NCBI GenBank assembly: GCA_945861665.1
Contig: CAMAVS010000002.1
Span: 143,527 to 207,526, forward strand
Direction of reading: 5' to 3'
Length of the DNA stretch: 64,000 nucleotides
From: Chitinophaga pinensis
GTDB taxonomy: Bacteria > Bacteroidota > Bacteroidia > UBA4408
The notes below the pieces were generated by a model, which saw nothing but the letters and a program-made list of their open reading frames with translations, ran no database searches and was not told the DNA's origin. The position numbers were made by a program, and so were the translations under genes. Each line of letters starts with the position of its first letter. Position 1 is the first letter of the stretch. Of the stretch, positions 1 through 9,308 are shown in pieces.

Positions 1-845
1 AATATGAAGAGGGGTCGAATATAAAGAATGCGGACGAATTAGTTAAACTAGACGTAAAATTAGACTATTACAACAACGGAAAAGTAAAAAGTTCAGGAAC
101 CTACAAGGATGGAATCCCAGAAGGAGTTACAAGAATTTACTCTGAAGAAGGGTTAGTTATTGCGGGAAAAATATACAGTGGCGGTCTTATTGTAGCAGAA
201 GGGATATATGATAAAAAGGGCCACCAACAAGGAAAATGGAAGGAGTATTTTGCCAATGGAAAATTAAAAAGCGAAGGCGAGTATATTGACGGAAAAAGAA
301 CAGGGGCGTGGATTTATTATTATGAAAACGGAAAAATAGAACAGCAAGGAAAATTTATTGCCGGAGGTCAACCCGTGGGCGATTGGAGCTGGTATTATGA
401 AAATGGAAAAATTCTAAGAGAGGAAAAATTCAGGAGCGGAAAGCCGGACGGAACAATGGTTGAATATAGCGATAGCGGAATGGTAATAACCAAAGGAGGT
501 TTTATTGATGGTGAAAAAGACGGACCATGGGTAAATATTGATGGCGATAGAAAAAATGAAGGAAGCTATAAAAACGGACAAATGGAAGGGCCCTGGAAAA
601 GCACATACGCTAATGGAAAAAAGGCTTTTGAGGGAAGTTATGTGGACGGAAACGAAAACGGAAAACACGTGTATTATTACGGTAGCGGATCAATAGAGCA
701 AGAGGGAAAATACATAATGGGAAATAAAGAGGGCGACTGGAAGCATTTCGACAGCGGAGGGCTTTTAGTGTCTATTTTTTCATACGTGAATGGTGAAGAA
801 AAAAAAATTGACGGAATAGAAACAGACGACATAAAAGCAAAATAA
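1..845 (+). CDS. MORN-repeat protein (YwqK-like), 5'-partial. The reading frame is open from position 3 to the stop at 843-845.
   Basis: Repeated G-x-W/Y-x-x-Y-Y-x-N-G-K motifs (KDGPWVNID, EGPWKSTYANGKK, GDWSWYYENGKI). The frame continues uninterrupted upstream of the annotated Met to the window edge. Confidence 0.6.
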   Translation, partial: YEEGSNIKNADELVKLDVKLDYYNNGKVKSSGTYKDGIPEGVTRIYSEEGLVIAGKIYSGGLIVAEGIYDKKGHQQGKWKEYFANGKLKSEGEYIDGKRTGAWIYYYENGKIEQQGKFIAGGQPVGDWSWYYENGKILREEKFRSGKPDGTMVEYSDSGMVITKGGFIDGEKDGPWVNIDGDRKNEGSYKNGQMEGPWKSTYANGKKAFEGSYVDGNENGKHVYYYGSGSIEQEGKYIMGNKEGDWKHFDSGGLLVSIFSYVNGEEKKIDGIETDDIKAK

Positions 846-884
846 AAATGAGGGGCAAGCCTATAAGCATAGCAGCTCTATCAG

Positions 885-893
885 CCCCCCCCC
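885..893. repeat. Homopolymeric C9 tract in the intergenic region upstream of the LytTR regulator gene
   Basis: Nine consecutive C read directly (tcagCCCCCCCCCatt) in otherwise AT-rich intergenic DNA. Confidence 0.9.
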
Positions 894-1028
894 ATTAAAA
901 TTTTAGCCGCTAGCTGAGCAGTAAAATTACGTTGAGCAGAACAAAGGCATAAAAACCGTTTGCCGCTTAAAACATAAATTAAAACGCAATAAGAAAGTCA
1001 TATCTTTACAGTATTAAAAACGGGGGTC

Positions 1029-1781
1029 ATGAGCAAAACCAATATTTTAATTGTTGAAGACTTAGCAATTGTAGCGAAAGACATACAGCAGAGCCTAATA
1101 AAAGCAGGGTATAATATTGTTGGTATTGCGTCAACTGGTGAGAAAGCAATAGGATTAGCAAATGAAAAAAAGCCCGACCTTGTGCTTATGGACATTATGT
1201 TAAAGGGCCCAATGAGCGGAATTGCAGCGGCAGACCAAATTAGGTTGTCGCTAAATATCCCTGTGGTTTTTTTAACCGCCTATGCGGACGAAAACACCTT
1301 TAGTAAAGCAAAAATAACAGAGCCTTACGGGTACATAATAAAACCATTTAAAGACATCGACTTACACACAAGCATACAGTTGGCTTTACATAAACACGAA
1401 AGAGAGGAGCCCATTAAAAAAGAAAGCGAATTTTTATACCCAACAGCTGAAGGGAAAAACGAAAAGGAAATTATTTTTATTAAGGCAAACCGCAAGTTAG
1501 TAAAGCTCAAAGCGGCTGACATTATCTACATTGAAGCCCTCAAAGATTATGTTATTATTAATACGTCAGCCGGACGCTTTACTGTTCACTCAACAATGAA
1601 GGACATTGAAGCAAAGCTCTCGGGGAAAGGCTTCGTTCGGGTTCACCGATCGTTTATTGTTAGGGTTGACAAAATAGCCTCTATCGAACAACCAAACCTA
1701 ACCATTGAGGGTGACGGCAAAATAATTCCAATCGGCGCCTCGCACAAGGGTGGCCTGTTTAATAAAATAAAGGTACTATAA
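1029..1781 (+). CDS. Two-component response regulator with a CheY-like receiver and a LytTR DNA-binding domain
   Basis: N-terminal receiver with the phospho-acceptor context KPDLVLMDIML. C-terminal LytTR signature (IIYIEALKDYVIINT...FVRVHRSFIV). Confidence 0.85.
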   Translation: MSKTNILIVEDLAIVAKDIQQSLIKAGYNIVGIASTGEKAIGLANEKKPDLVLMDIMLKGPMSGIAAADQIRLSLNIPVVFLTAYADENTFSKAKITEPYGYIIKPFKDIDLHTSIQLALHKHEREEPIKKESEFLYPTAEGKNEKEIIFIKANRKLVKLKAADIIYIEALKDYVIINTSAGRFTVHSTMKDIEAKLSGKGFVRVHRSFIVRVDKIASIEQPNLTIEGDGKIIPIGASHKGGLFNKIKVL

Positions 1782-1848
1782 GCTTTTATAGCCTAACGGG
1801 TCCCGCCACAGGCACTGTTTATTTTAGTTGGCGCAAATGAGAAACAGG

Positions 1849-2847
1849 CTATTTAAGCGAAAAGAGATTGCGAAGCTCTCGCCATATTCCAATAAAGGTT
1901 TGGTTATTAAGCGGAAACTCGAGAAATACATGCAGAATACTCAATAAAAACAAAGCAAAAAAACCAACTTTGTAATTGTAAGCATATACTGCAACTGAAA
2001 GCAGCCACAGCGAAATAATAATAGCGAAACGAGTCTTAGAAATTTCGTGCCACTTAATAACAGTAGTTTTCGAAAACCAATTTAGGTAATGGTAAGTATA
2101 TGCGAATGCTATGAAACGCATAATAGCAATTGCCTTAGGATTTGTAAACACATCTTTCATATCGGTAATGGCACCCATTCCCAAAAAATCAGAAAGGCGT
2201 TTATTCACAATGCTAAATATTTGATATGAATTTTCTACATATTCGCTAACTCCAAAAAAACCACTAGGAATGTATAAAAAGCAAAACAAGGCACACCCCA
2301 TAAATACAGCCAACGAAAGAATACCGGATAAGCTTTTACCCTTAAGTGCCCCGAATAAAATAAAGGCTCCGGTAAAAATAAATACGTGAATAATGGTAGG
2401 TAAAAAAATAGCAAACAAAATTTCAAAAGAAGCAACTGTGTTTAAACCGAAAAGCGCAAACAAAAACAATGCGGCAAGCAAGAGGCCAATTTTGACAAGT
2501 GTTTTTTCAACAAATAAAACGATAAACGAAAAAAGAAAACCAATACAAATAATTTCTGTTACATACCTGTTAATGTCGGAATGACTATCAAATGCACCAA
2601 TCATTAACAACAAACTTGCAAGCACAAAAATCGCAATGTCCCACTTCGATTTTATAAAAAAATCTTTTTTCTGTAACCATGAAATTTCGGTTAAATAATG
2701 CAGCGGACCCAAAACGGAATAAGCAAAAAGGAAAAGTTCAAACGGAATAATAAAAGCGGCAACAACACTGATAACCATTAAGCCAATGTTTAAGTAATTA
2801 ATGCCGTCAGGACTCTTTACCCTATCAATAAATGTGCTGTTTCCCAT
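1849..2847 (-). CDS. Polytopic integral membrane protein of unknown function, about 8 TM segments
   Basis: 332 aa, almost entirely hydrophobic helices with no recognisable catalytic or kinase motif. It is convergent with the LytTR regulator gene. Confidence 0.45.
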   Translation of the reverse strand: MGNSTFIDRVKSPDGINYLNIGLMVISVVAAFIIPFELFLFAYSVLGPLHYLTEISWLQKKDFFIKSKWDIAIFVLASLLLMIGAFDSHSDINRYVTEIICIGFLFSFIVLFVEKTLVKIGLLLAALFLFALFGLNTVASFEILFAIFLPTIIHVFIFTGAFILFGALKGKSLSGILSLAVFMGCALFCFLYIPSGFFGVSEYVENSYQIFSIVNKRLSDFLGMGAITDMKDVFTNPKAIAIMRFIAFAYTYHYLNWFSKTTVIKWHEISKTRFAIIISLWLLSVAVYAYNYKVGFFALFLLSILHVFLEFPLNNQTFIGIWRELRNLFSLK

Positions 2848-2912
2848 AAATTATATCACAACTAAAGTAACCAAAAAATGCAATAAAATATAATTTGTAT
2901 GGGAGCTTTAGC

Positions 2913-3476
2913 TTATTTATTATTATAAGTGTTCATTGTTCGTTGCAAGCCAATTGTTGTAAAGGCTTTAATAATATCAATTGACAAGGCGATACGAGGC
3001 GCCAATAAAGTTGTTTCTTCCGCTGTCCATTTTCCAAGAACATAATCAACTTGTTTGCCCTTCGAAAAATCACTTCCAACGCCAATACGCAAACGAGCAT
3101 ACTCTTCTGTACCCAATGTTTCGTTTATGCTTTTTAAACCATTGTGGCCGCCATCACTACCTTTTGTTTTTAGCCGAAGCGAGCCCAAAGGCAACGCAAT
3201 GTCATCTGTAATTATAAGCACATTTTCCAATGGAATTTTTTCTGCCTGCATCCAATAGTTTAAAGCCTTGCCGCTCAAGTTCATATAGGTTGAAGGCTTT
3301 ATTAAAAGGATGGCTCTTCCCTTAAATTTGTATTCGCTTGTGCTGGCAAGTTTATTGGCTGTAAAAAAAATATTGGACGACTTAACCAAGTCGTCCAATA
3401 TCATAAATCCTATGTTGTGGCGAGTATTTTGGTACTCTTCACCAATATTGCCTAAGCCAACAATAAGGTATTTCAA
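2913..3476 (-). CDS. pth: Peptidyl-tRNA hydrolase
   Basis: MKYLIVGLGNIGEEYQNTRHNIGFM N-terminus, and the HNGLKS motif typical of Pth. Confidence 0.9.
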   Translation of the reverse strand: MKYLIVGLGNIGEEYQNTRHNIGFMILDDLVKSSNIFFTANKLASTSEYKFKGRAILLIKPSTYMNLSGKALNYWMQAEKIPLENVLIITDDIALPLGSLRLKTKGSDGGHNGLKSINETLGTEEYARLRIGVGSDFSKGKQVDYVLGKWTAEETTLLAPRIALSIDIIKAFTTIGLQRTMNTYNNK

Positions 3477-3488
3477 ACTATTTTACTA

Positions 3489-4127
3489 TTATTTTTTATC
3501 TTTCTTTTCAGGAGCTTTTGCAGGTGCAGCAGCAGCAGGTACAGCAGCAGCAACTTTCGAAGGATCCTCAACAACGGCAACAGCTCTTGTTACAGAAACA
3601 GTAGCAACAACCATATTGGGGGTATCTAAAAACTGAACATTTTTAACCGAAATATCTGCTACGCGAACTTTATCACCAATACTCAACTTTGAAATATTAA
3701 CAACAACGGCATCTGGTAAATTAGCCGGTAGCGATCTTACCTTTAATTTTCTTACAGGCGTAATTAACTTTCCACCCTCTCTAACACCTGGCGAAACACC
3801 TTCAATTCTTACAGGAACGCCCATCACTACATGTTTTTCCGGAAATAATTGTAAAAAATCTACGTGTAATATTGCGTCCGACAATTTGTGAAACTGTATG
3901 TCTTGCATTATGGCTTCAAACTCACCTTTTCCTTCAATGTTTAATTTAACAGTGTGTACATCGGGCGTATACACCAATGGCTTAAACTGTTTCTCTTCGG
4001 CCGAAAAAGAAATTTGTTCTTTTCCACCATACAAAATACAAGGAACGCTTCCGCTTGTTCTCACAGCTTTTGCATCTTTTTTCCCTACGTTCGCTCTTGG
4101 CGAACCGCTAATAGATACTGATTTCAT
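3489..4127 (-). CDS. rplY: 50S ribosomal protein L25 / general stress protein Ctc
   Basis: N-terminal L25 fold motif (RTSGSVPCILYGG), an Ala/Pro/Lys-rich C-terminal tail, and the conserved pth-rplY-prs arrangement. Confidence 0.85.
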   Translation of the reverse strand: MKSVSISGSPRANVGKKDAKAVRTSGSVPCILYGGKEQISFSAEEKQFKPLVYTPDVHTVKLNIEGKGEFEAIMQDIQFHKLSDAILHVDFLQLFPEKHVVMGVPVRIEGVSPGVREGGKLITPVRKLKVRSLPANLPDAVVVNISKLSIGDKVRVADISVKNVQFLDTPNMVVATVSVTRAVAVVEDPSKVAAAVPAAAAPAKAPEKKDKK

Positions 4128-4157
4128 TTTTATTTATTTATTTGGTTTATAATTAAT

Positions 4158-5090
4158 TTAACAGATAAAGGTTGAGCTGATAGACTCATAGTTATGAACC
4201 TTTCCTAACACTTCGCCAAACAAATCGGCAACCGACAATACCTTAATTTTTGAGCTTTGTTGGCTTAAAGGAATCGTGTCAGTTACAACCAATTCTACTA
4301 TGCCCGACTTTTCAATATTTTCGTATGCTTTTCCCGAAAGCACAGGATGTGTACAAACAGCACGCACGCTTTTCGCCCCTCTGTCCAACATCATGTCTGC
4401 CGCTTTAGCAAGTGTTCCTCCGGTATCTACTAAGTCGTCTACCAACACAATATCACGCCCTTCAACATCACCAATAACCGTCATGCTGTCAATAAAATTG
4501 GCTTTTTTACGTTGTTTGTAACAAATTACTATTTCGCTGTTTAAATATTTTGCATAAGCATTCGCTCTTTTTGAACCACCCATATCGGGTGCCGCTATTG
4601 TAAGTCGAGGTAAATTTAAACTTTGTATATATGGTAAAAAGAGTGACGATGCGTACAAATGATCAACCGGCACATCAAAGAATCCTTGAATTTGGTCAGC
4701 GTGTAAATCCATTGTTATTATACGTGTAACACCTGCTGCGCTTAATAAATTAGCAACTAATTTTGCTCCAATAGCAACACGGGGCTTATCTTTTCTATCT
4801 TGTCTGGCAAAACCAAAATAAGGCATTACCGCGATTACTTCCTTTGCCGATGCTCGTTTTGCGGCATCAACCATCAATAACAATTCAAATAAATTATCGG
4901 CAGGAGGGAAGGTTGACTGAACAATAAACACATCGCAACCCCTTACGGTTTCTTCGAAAGAAGGCTGAAACTCACCATCGCTAAAGCGAGCAACCTCCAT
5001 TGCGCCTAACTCTCCGCCATATGCTTTGGCAATTTTTTGAGCCAAGTATAAGGACTCGGTTCCTGAAAATATTTTTACTTGTGATTCCAT
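4158..5090 (-). CDS. prs: Ribose-phosphate pyrophosphokinase (PRPP synthetase)
   Basis: ESQVKIFSGTES...ARFSDGEFQPSFEETVRGCDVFIVQST aligns with the Prs N-terminus, and a PRPP-binding loop DDLVDTGGT is present. An ATG at 5090 is preferred over the upstream TTG at 5120. Confidence 0.9.
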   Translation of the reverse strand: MESQVKIFSGTESLYLAQKIAKAYGGELGAMEVARFSDGEFQPSFEETVRGCDVFIVQSTFPPADNLFELLLMVDAAKRASAKEVIAVMPYFGFARQDRKDKPRVAIGAKLVANLLSAAGVTRIITMDLHADQIQGFFDVPVDHLYASSLFLPYIQSLNLPRLTIAAPDMGGSKRANAYAKYLNSEIVICYKQRKKANFIDSMTVIGDVEGRDIVLVDDLVDTGGTLAKAADMMLDRGAKSVRAVCTHPVLSGKAYENIEKSGIVELVVTDTIPLSQQSSKIKVLSVADLFGEVLGKVHNYESISSTFIC

Positions 5091-5147
5091 CAATTTTTTA
5101 AATGGGATGCGAAGATACAAAATTTGAAGATAATATAGGCATATTTT

Positions 5148-6071
5148 TCAGTTCATTTTCTTACCAAGCAGGTTTTTTATTGCTTCATCAAGTGTTTTAT
5201 ATTTAAACACAAAGCCTGTTTCCATTAATTTTTCGGAAGAAACAGTACAACCTTCAAGCAACAAGGAAGACATTTCACCTAAGAAAAGTTGAAGCAAAAA
5301 CCGAGGAACATTTGGCAGAAAAAAGGGTCGACCTAACACCCGTGCAATTCCGCCTATAAATAACTCATTTGTTACTTGCTCAGCAGCCACAACATTGTAT
5401 ACTCCCTTCATAGTCAGATTCTCTATACTTGCTAAAAAGGCATTACACACATCGTCAATATGAACCCAGCTTACAATTTGTTTTCCCGAACCAAAGGCGG
5501 CACCCAGTCCTAAATTAACCAAAGGTGTTAATTTTTTTAATGCCCCACCATTCTTTGCCAATACCATTGGTATGCGCAATTTTATTACCCTTTCAGCAAG
5601 TGGTGTAAAATTATCTGCAGCGGCCTCCCATTGTACGCAACAGTTTCCCAGAAAACGCTCATCTGCAGGTGCGTCTTCTGATAAATAACCCACTCCTGAA
5701 TTTACTTTATAATAACCCGTTCCTGAGGCAGATATAAATGCATTTATGCGAACTCCCTGTTCAAGCATTTTTTCTTTCAGAAGTTGCACAGTTTTAACAC
5801 GACTGTCAACCAACACTTGTTTTCGTTTAGCAGACCAGCGTTTCTCGGAAATATTTTCTCCTGCCAAATGAACAATAAAATCGACTCCGCTAAATGCTTT
5901 TGGATCAACTGTTTCTTCTTGTAAATTCCACAAATAATTTTTGTAAGGAGAGCTTGGATTTTTCTGTCTACTTAAATGGCGAACTTCATAACCTCTTTTT
6001 ACAAGGAGTTCAGAAAGTGCTGTTCCCAATAAACCGCTTCCACCTGTAATTAAAACAACCATTTTCTTCAT
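5148..6071 (-). CDS. TIGR01777/YfcH-like NAD-dependent epimerase-family protein (SDR, DUF1731 C-terminus)
   Basis: N-terminal Rossmann motif VLITGGSGLLG, about 300 aa length and the overall YfcH-like pattern. Confidence 0.7.
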   Translation of the reverse strand: MKKMVVLITGGSGLLGTALSELLVKRGYEVRHLSRQKNPSSPYKNYLWNLQEETVDPKAFSGVDFIVHLAGENISEKRWSAKRKQVLVDSRVKTVQLLKEKMLEQGVRINAFISASGTGYYKVNSGVGYLSEDAPADERFLGNCCVQWEAAADNFTPLAERVIKLRIPMVLAKNGGALKKLTPLVNLGLGAAFGSGKQIVSWVHIDDVCNAFLASIENLTMKGVYNVVAAEQVTNELFIGGIARVLGRPFFLPNVPRFLLQLFLGEMSSLLLEGCTVSSEKLMETGFVFKYKTLDEAIKNLLGKKMN

Positions 6072-6164
6072 TTTATTTAAACCAATAACAATCGACCGTT
6101 TTTAAAAGGGTACAAATAAAATATAATACTTAAATTTGTTTTCAAAAAACGCAAAGCTACAACA

Positions 6165-8711
6165 ATGACAAATAAGAAAAACGTTTCAATAATTTTTGTT
6201 TTACTGCTCATCCTCGCTTTAACTAAAGTCGGATACAATCATTTCTCTAAATCAGATTTCGAAAAAAAACGCCCATCTGAAATTGGTGAGAATGAAGGAG
6301 AAAAAAATAAGCGCAAAGAATGGGAAAATAATATGCACCGTGCTGCCCCTGGAACAGATTGGAAAGCAATAGAAGAAGCGAATCGTTATGCAAACCAACA
6401 ATATTTTCGTTCATACGGTAAGGCAGCTCAACAAGAAATATTAGCAAACGGACACTTAACAGGGGAATGGCGCGAAAAAGGTTGTACCAGCAATACAGGT
6501 AGAATTCTAAATGCCGATTACGATGCCTTAAGCGGAATGGTTTATTGTGCATCAGACGGAGGAAATATTTGGAAAGGAAATATGAACGGGACAGGCTGGA
6601 CTGTTTTAAACGATAAAAATAGAATAGGAACACAATTTCTAAACATTATTCCAATTGCTGGTGGAAAAAGAATTTTAACTGGTGGTGGAAAAACAATACA
6701 GTATTCGGATAATGATGGCGCATTATGGCAAACAGCGCAAGGGTTGAATAATGTGGCGGCTTGGGGCTGGTTTAAAAAAACAATGGTGTTGGACGATGCC
6801 GCCAAAACTGTTTTTCTATTACTCGAAGAATGGGATTATGTAAATTGGTATTCTGTTGTGAGTATTTATAAATCGAGCAATAAGGGCCAAAGTTATTCCT
6901 TGGTAAAATCATATCCAACAAGTGTTTATGGCGACCTTGGTAAATTCGATATTTGGGCACCTAGCTTCGGCAATCCGTTTTTAAGTTTAGTACAAAACGA
7001 CTCCATCTTTAGTATTGACCCGCAAACAAACGCTTTTACTTTTACCGGAACTTTTCCTCTAGCAAATGCCGGAGGCGAGCTTATAACAGGGTTCCGTGAC
7101 AATAACAGCTTTGTATTGTACACCCTTGTTGGCCAAGATTTATACCGCTCGACAAATGGAGGATACAATTGGAGCTTTGTTTCCGGAACACCTGTAAGCT
7201 CTTATGACAATTACAGTTTCAGTTGTTCTTTGTCCGATCCAACACATTTGTTTTTATCAAGCGTAGAGTGTTACAGAAGTTTTGATAATGGCCAAACGTG
7301 GACGCTGCTTAACAACTGGTGGGACTATAACGCAAACCCCTCAATAAACTTGCACGCTGACATACACGCCATTATTCCTTACAAAGACAATAACAACGTA
7401 AACCGCGTTTTTGTTTGTACCGATGGAAGCATTTTCGATTCGAATGATGACTTACAAAGTGTAAATAATTTAGCGGTAACCGGACTAAATACAGGCTTGA
7501 TTTATACAACCTATACCAATCGAGCAGACGCAAATTATATTTATGTAGGAACACAAGACCAGGGCTATCTTCAAGCATCTAACGATCCGGGAGGGGTGCT
7601 CTCATTTGCGCAACAAATAACAGGTGATTATGGTCACATTGTTTCTTCCGATGGTGGAAATACCATTTGGATGAACTATCCGGGTTTTACCCGATATGTA
7701 ACCAATCCAAAAGTGAATGTAAATGGATACGATTGGGACTTTAATTCAAATGCATTCAACCGCTCTTTGTGGATACCGCCAATGATGGCACACCCAACAA
7801 ACAATAACATTGCATACATAGCAGGAGGTAATTTAAATGGAACAGGTTCACACATTGTTCAGCTTCAATACAGTGGCGGTAATATTAATGCGACCGAACT
7901 AACATTCGATTTTGAAGCAGCTTCGCAAGGAGGTTATATCACAGCAATGGAGTTATCGCCAATCAATAGCAGCTACAGATATGTGCTAACCGATAACGGA
8001 CATTTTTATTATTCTTCCGATGCAGGAAGCAACTGGACACAAAGTGATAGCATTGGTTTGCCGGGCACACACTGGTTTTATGGAGCAACTATTTATCCCT
8101 CAAAAACTACGCTGGGAACAGTATACATAGGTGGAAGCGGATACAACAATCCACCCGTTTTTGTTTCCGCAAATCACGGAAAAGACTTTACCAACATTTG
8201 CTCTAACAATGGAATGCCAAGTACGCTTGTGCATCAATTAATCGGAAGCGATGGCGACAGTGTAATTGTTGCTGCAACCGAAGCGGGGCCTTATGCCTAT
8301 GTTCCAAGTGAAAATAAATGGTATAATATTTCGGGCGTAGCTGGTCCCGATCAAAATTATTGGAGCGTAGACTATGTTCCACTAACAAACACAATGCGTT
8401 TTGGAACACACGGAAGAGGGGTATGGGATTTTGCAATGCCATCATTGGTTTCTATAATTGAAAAAAGCAAGAACGAATTCTCTGTAATAGCATTTCCTAA
8501 TCCAACAAACGATTTTGTAGCCTTTAAATTTTCAGGCAACAAAGAGGCGCAGTTGATTTTGTACAATACAAACGGACAACAAGTACTAAGCCAACAAATT
8601 GTTGCAAATCAAAAAATAGAAATAACATCTTTGAGTGAAGGGATTTACCTCTACAACATTATTGTAAATGGAAAATCGTTCACAGGAAAAATAGTAAAAA
8701 GCTATAGGTAA
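6165..8711 (+). CDS. Secreted BNR/Asp-box repeat protein with a T9SS C-terminal sorting domain (type A)
   Basis: Signal peptide. Multiple S-x-D-x-G-x-T-W Asp-box motifs (SDNDGALWQ, STNGGYNWS, SFDNGQTWT, SSDAGSNWT). The C-terminus FPNPTNDFVAFKF...GIYLYNIIVNGKSFTGKIV is a typical Por secretion tail. Confidence 0.6.
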   Translation: MTNKKNVSIIFVLLLILALTKVGYNHFSKSDFEKKRPSEIGENEGEKNKRKEWENNMHRAAPGTDWKAIEEANRYANQQYFRSYGKAAQQEILANGHLTGEWREKGCTSNTGRILNADYDALSGMVYCASDGGNIWKGNMNGTGWTVLNDKNRIGTQFLNIIPIAGGKRILTGGGKTIQYSDNDGALWQTAQGLNNVAAWGWFKKTMVLDDAAKTVFLLLEEWDYVNWYSVVSIYKSSNKGQSYSLVKSYPTSVYGDLGKFDIWAPSFGNPFLSLVQNDSIFSIDPQTNAFTFTGTFPLANAGGELITGFRDNNSFVLYTLVGQDLYRSTNGGYNWSFVSGTPVSSYDNYSFSCSLSDPTHLFLSSVECYRSFDNGQTWTLLNNWWDYNANPSINLHADIHAIIPYKDNNNVNRVFVCTDGSIFDSNDDLQSVNNLAVTGLNTGLIYTTYTNRADANYIYVGTQDQGYLQASNDPGGVLSFAQQITGDYGHIVSSDGGNTIWMNYPGFTRYVTNPKVNVNGYDWDFNSNAFNRSLWIPPMMAHPTNNNIAYIAGGNLNGTGSHIVQLQYSGGNINATELTFDFEAASQGGYITAMELSPINSSYRYVLTDNGHFYYSSDAGSNWTQSDSIGLPGTHWFYGATIYPSKTTLGTVYIGGSGYNNPPVFVSANHGKDFTNICSNNGMPSTLVHQLIGSDGDSVIVAATEAGPYAYVPSENKWYNISGVAGPDQNYWSVDYVPLTNTMRFGTHGRGVWDFAMPSLVSIIEKSKNEFSVIAFPNPTNDFVAFKFSGNKEAQLILYNTNGQQVLSQQIVANQKIEITSLSEGIYLYNIIVNGKSFTGKIVKSYR

Positions 8712-8786
8712 TTGAAGCTTATTGAGGTTACACTAAAAACACATTTGTGATTTCTTAGAAGGTTTTTACTGATGGCAAACCCCAAC

Positions 8787-8804
8787 CCCCGATAGCTATC
8801 GGGG
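8787..8804. promoter_or_regulatory. Perfect 18-bp palindrome ccccgatagctatcgggg about 25 bp upstream of the ferredoxin-like gene. It is a candidate operator or a hairpin.
   Basis: Read directly from the sequence; it is exact dyad symmetry. Confidence 0.3.
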
Positions 8805-8829
8805 CAACAAATAACAACCAACAACCAAA

Positions 8830-9147
8830 ATGAAATACACCAAACACATCTTCATCTGCAACAACCAACGCAAGGAAGGCGAAAGAATATGTTGTGGAGA
8901 AGCTCACGGAATGGAACTCGTTGCAGCTTTTAAAAAGCAAATAAAAGATAAGGGTTTACACATTGAAATTCGTGCGCAACGCACAGGTTGTTTAGACATT
9001 TGTGAACTAGGCCCAAGTCTAGTTGTATACCCCGAAGGTGTTTTTTATGGCAAGGTTCAGTTGGCAGATGTGGCCGAAATTGTAGAAGAACACCTTGTAA
9101 AAAATATACCTGTAGAAAGGCTAAGACTTAACTTCAATCCGCAATAA
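8830..9147 (+). CDS. Thioredoxin-like [2Fe-2S] ferredoxin
   Basis: 105 aa with a Cys pattern C-x3-C...C-x3-C (CNNQRKEGERICCG...GCLDICELGP), characteristic of the thioredoxin-like 2Fe-2S ferredoxin family. Confidence 0.65.
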   Translation: MKYTKHIFICNNQRKEGERICCGEAHGMELVAAFKKQIKDKGLHIEIRAQRTGCLDICELGPSLVVYPEGVFYGKVQLADVAEIVEEHLVKNIPVERLRLNFNPQ

Positions 9148-9308
9148 AAGTTGTAATACAGCGCGTAAAAAATGCTTCTGTACACATTGCCAAATCCGAA
9201 GTGGCAGCAATACAAAGCGGACTCTTACTTTTTTTAGGCATACACGAAAACGATACCGAAGAAGACCTTGCTGAAAAGAACATTAGCCTTTTAAGTTTTT
9301 CTTTTTAG
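9144..9308 (+). pseudogene. dtd: Truncated 5' fragment of D-aminoacyl-tRNA deacylase (dtd). It runs about 52 codons and then stops.
   Basis: Manual translation gives VVIQRVKNASVHIAKSEVAAIQSGLLLFLGIHENDTEEDLAEKNISLLSFSF-stop. This matches the Dtd N-terminus (ALIQRV..ASV.V......I..GLLVLLGV...D.EED...L.EKIL). No start codon is present, and the frame ends after about 52 codons where Dtd is normally about 150 aa. Confidence 0.6.
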
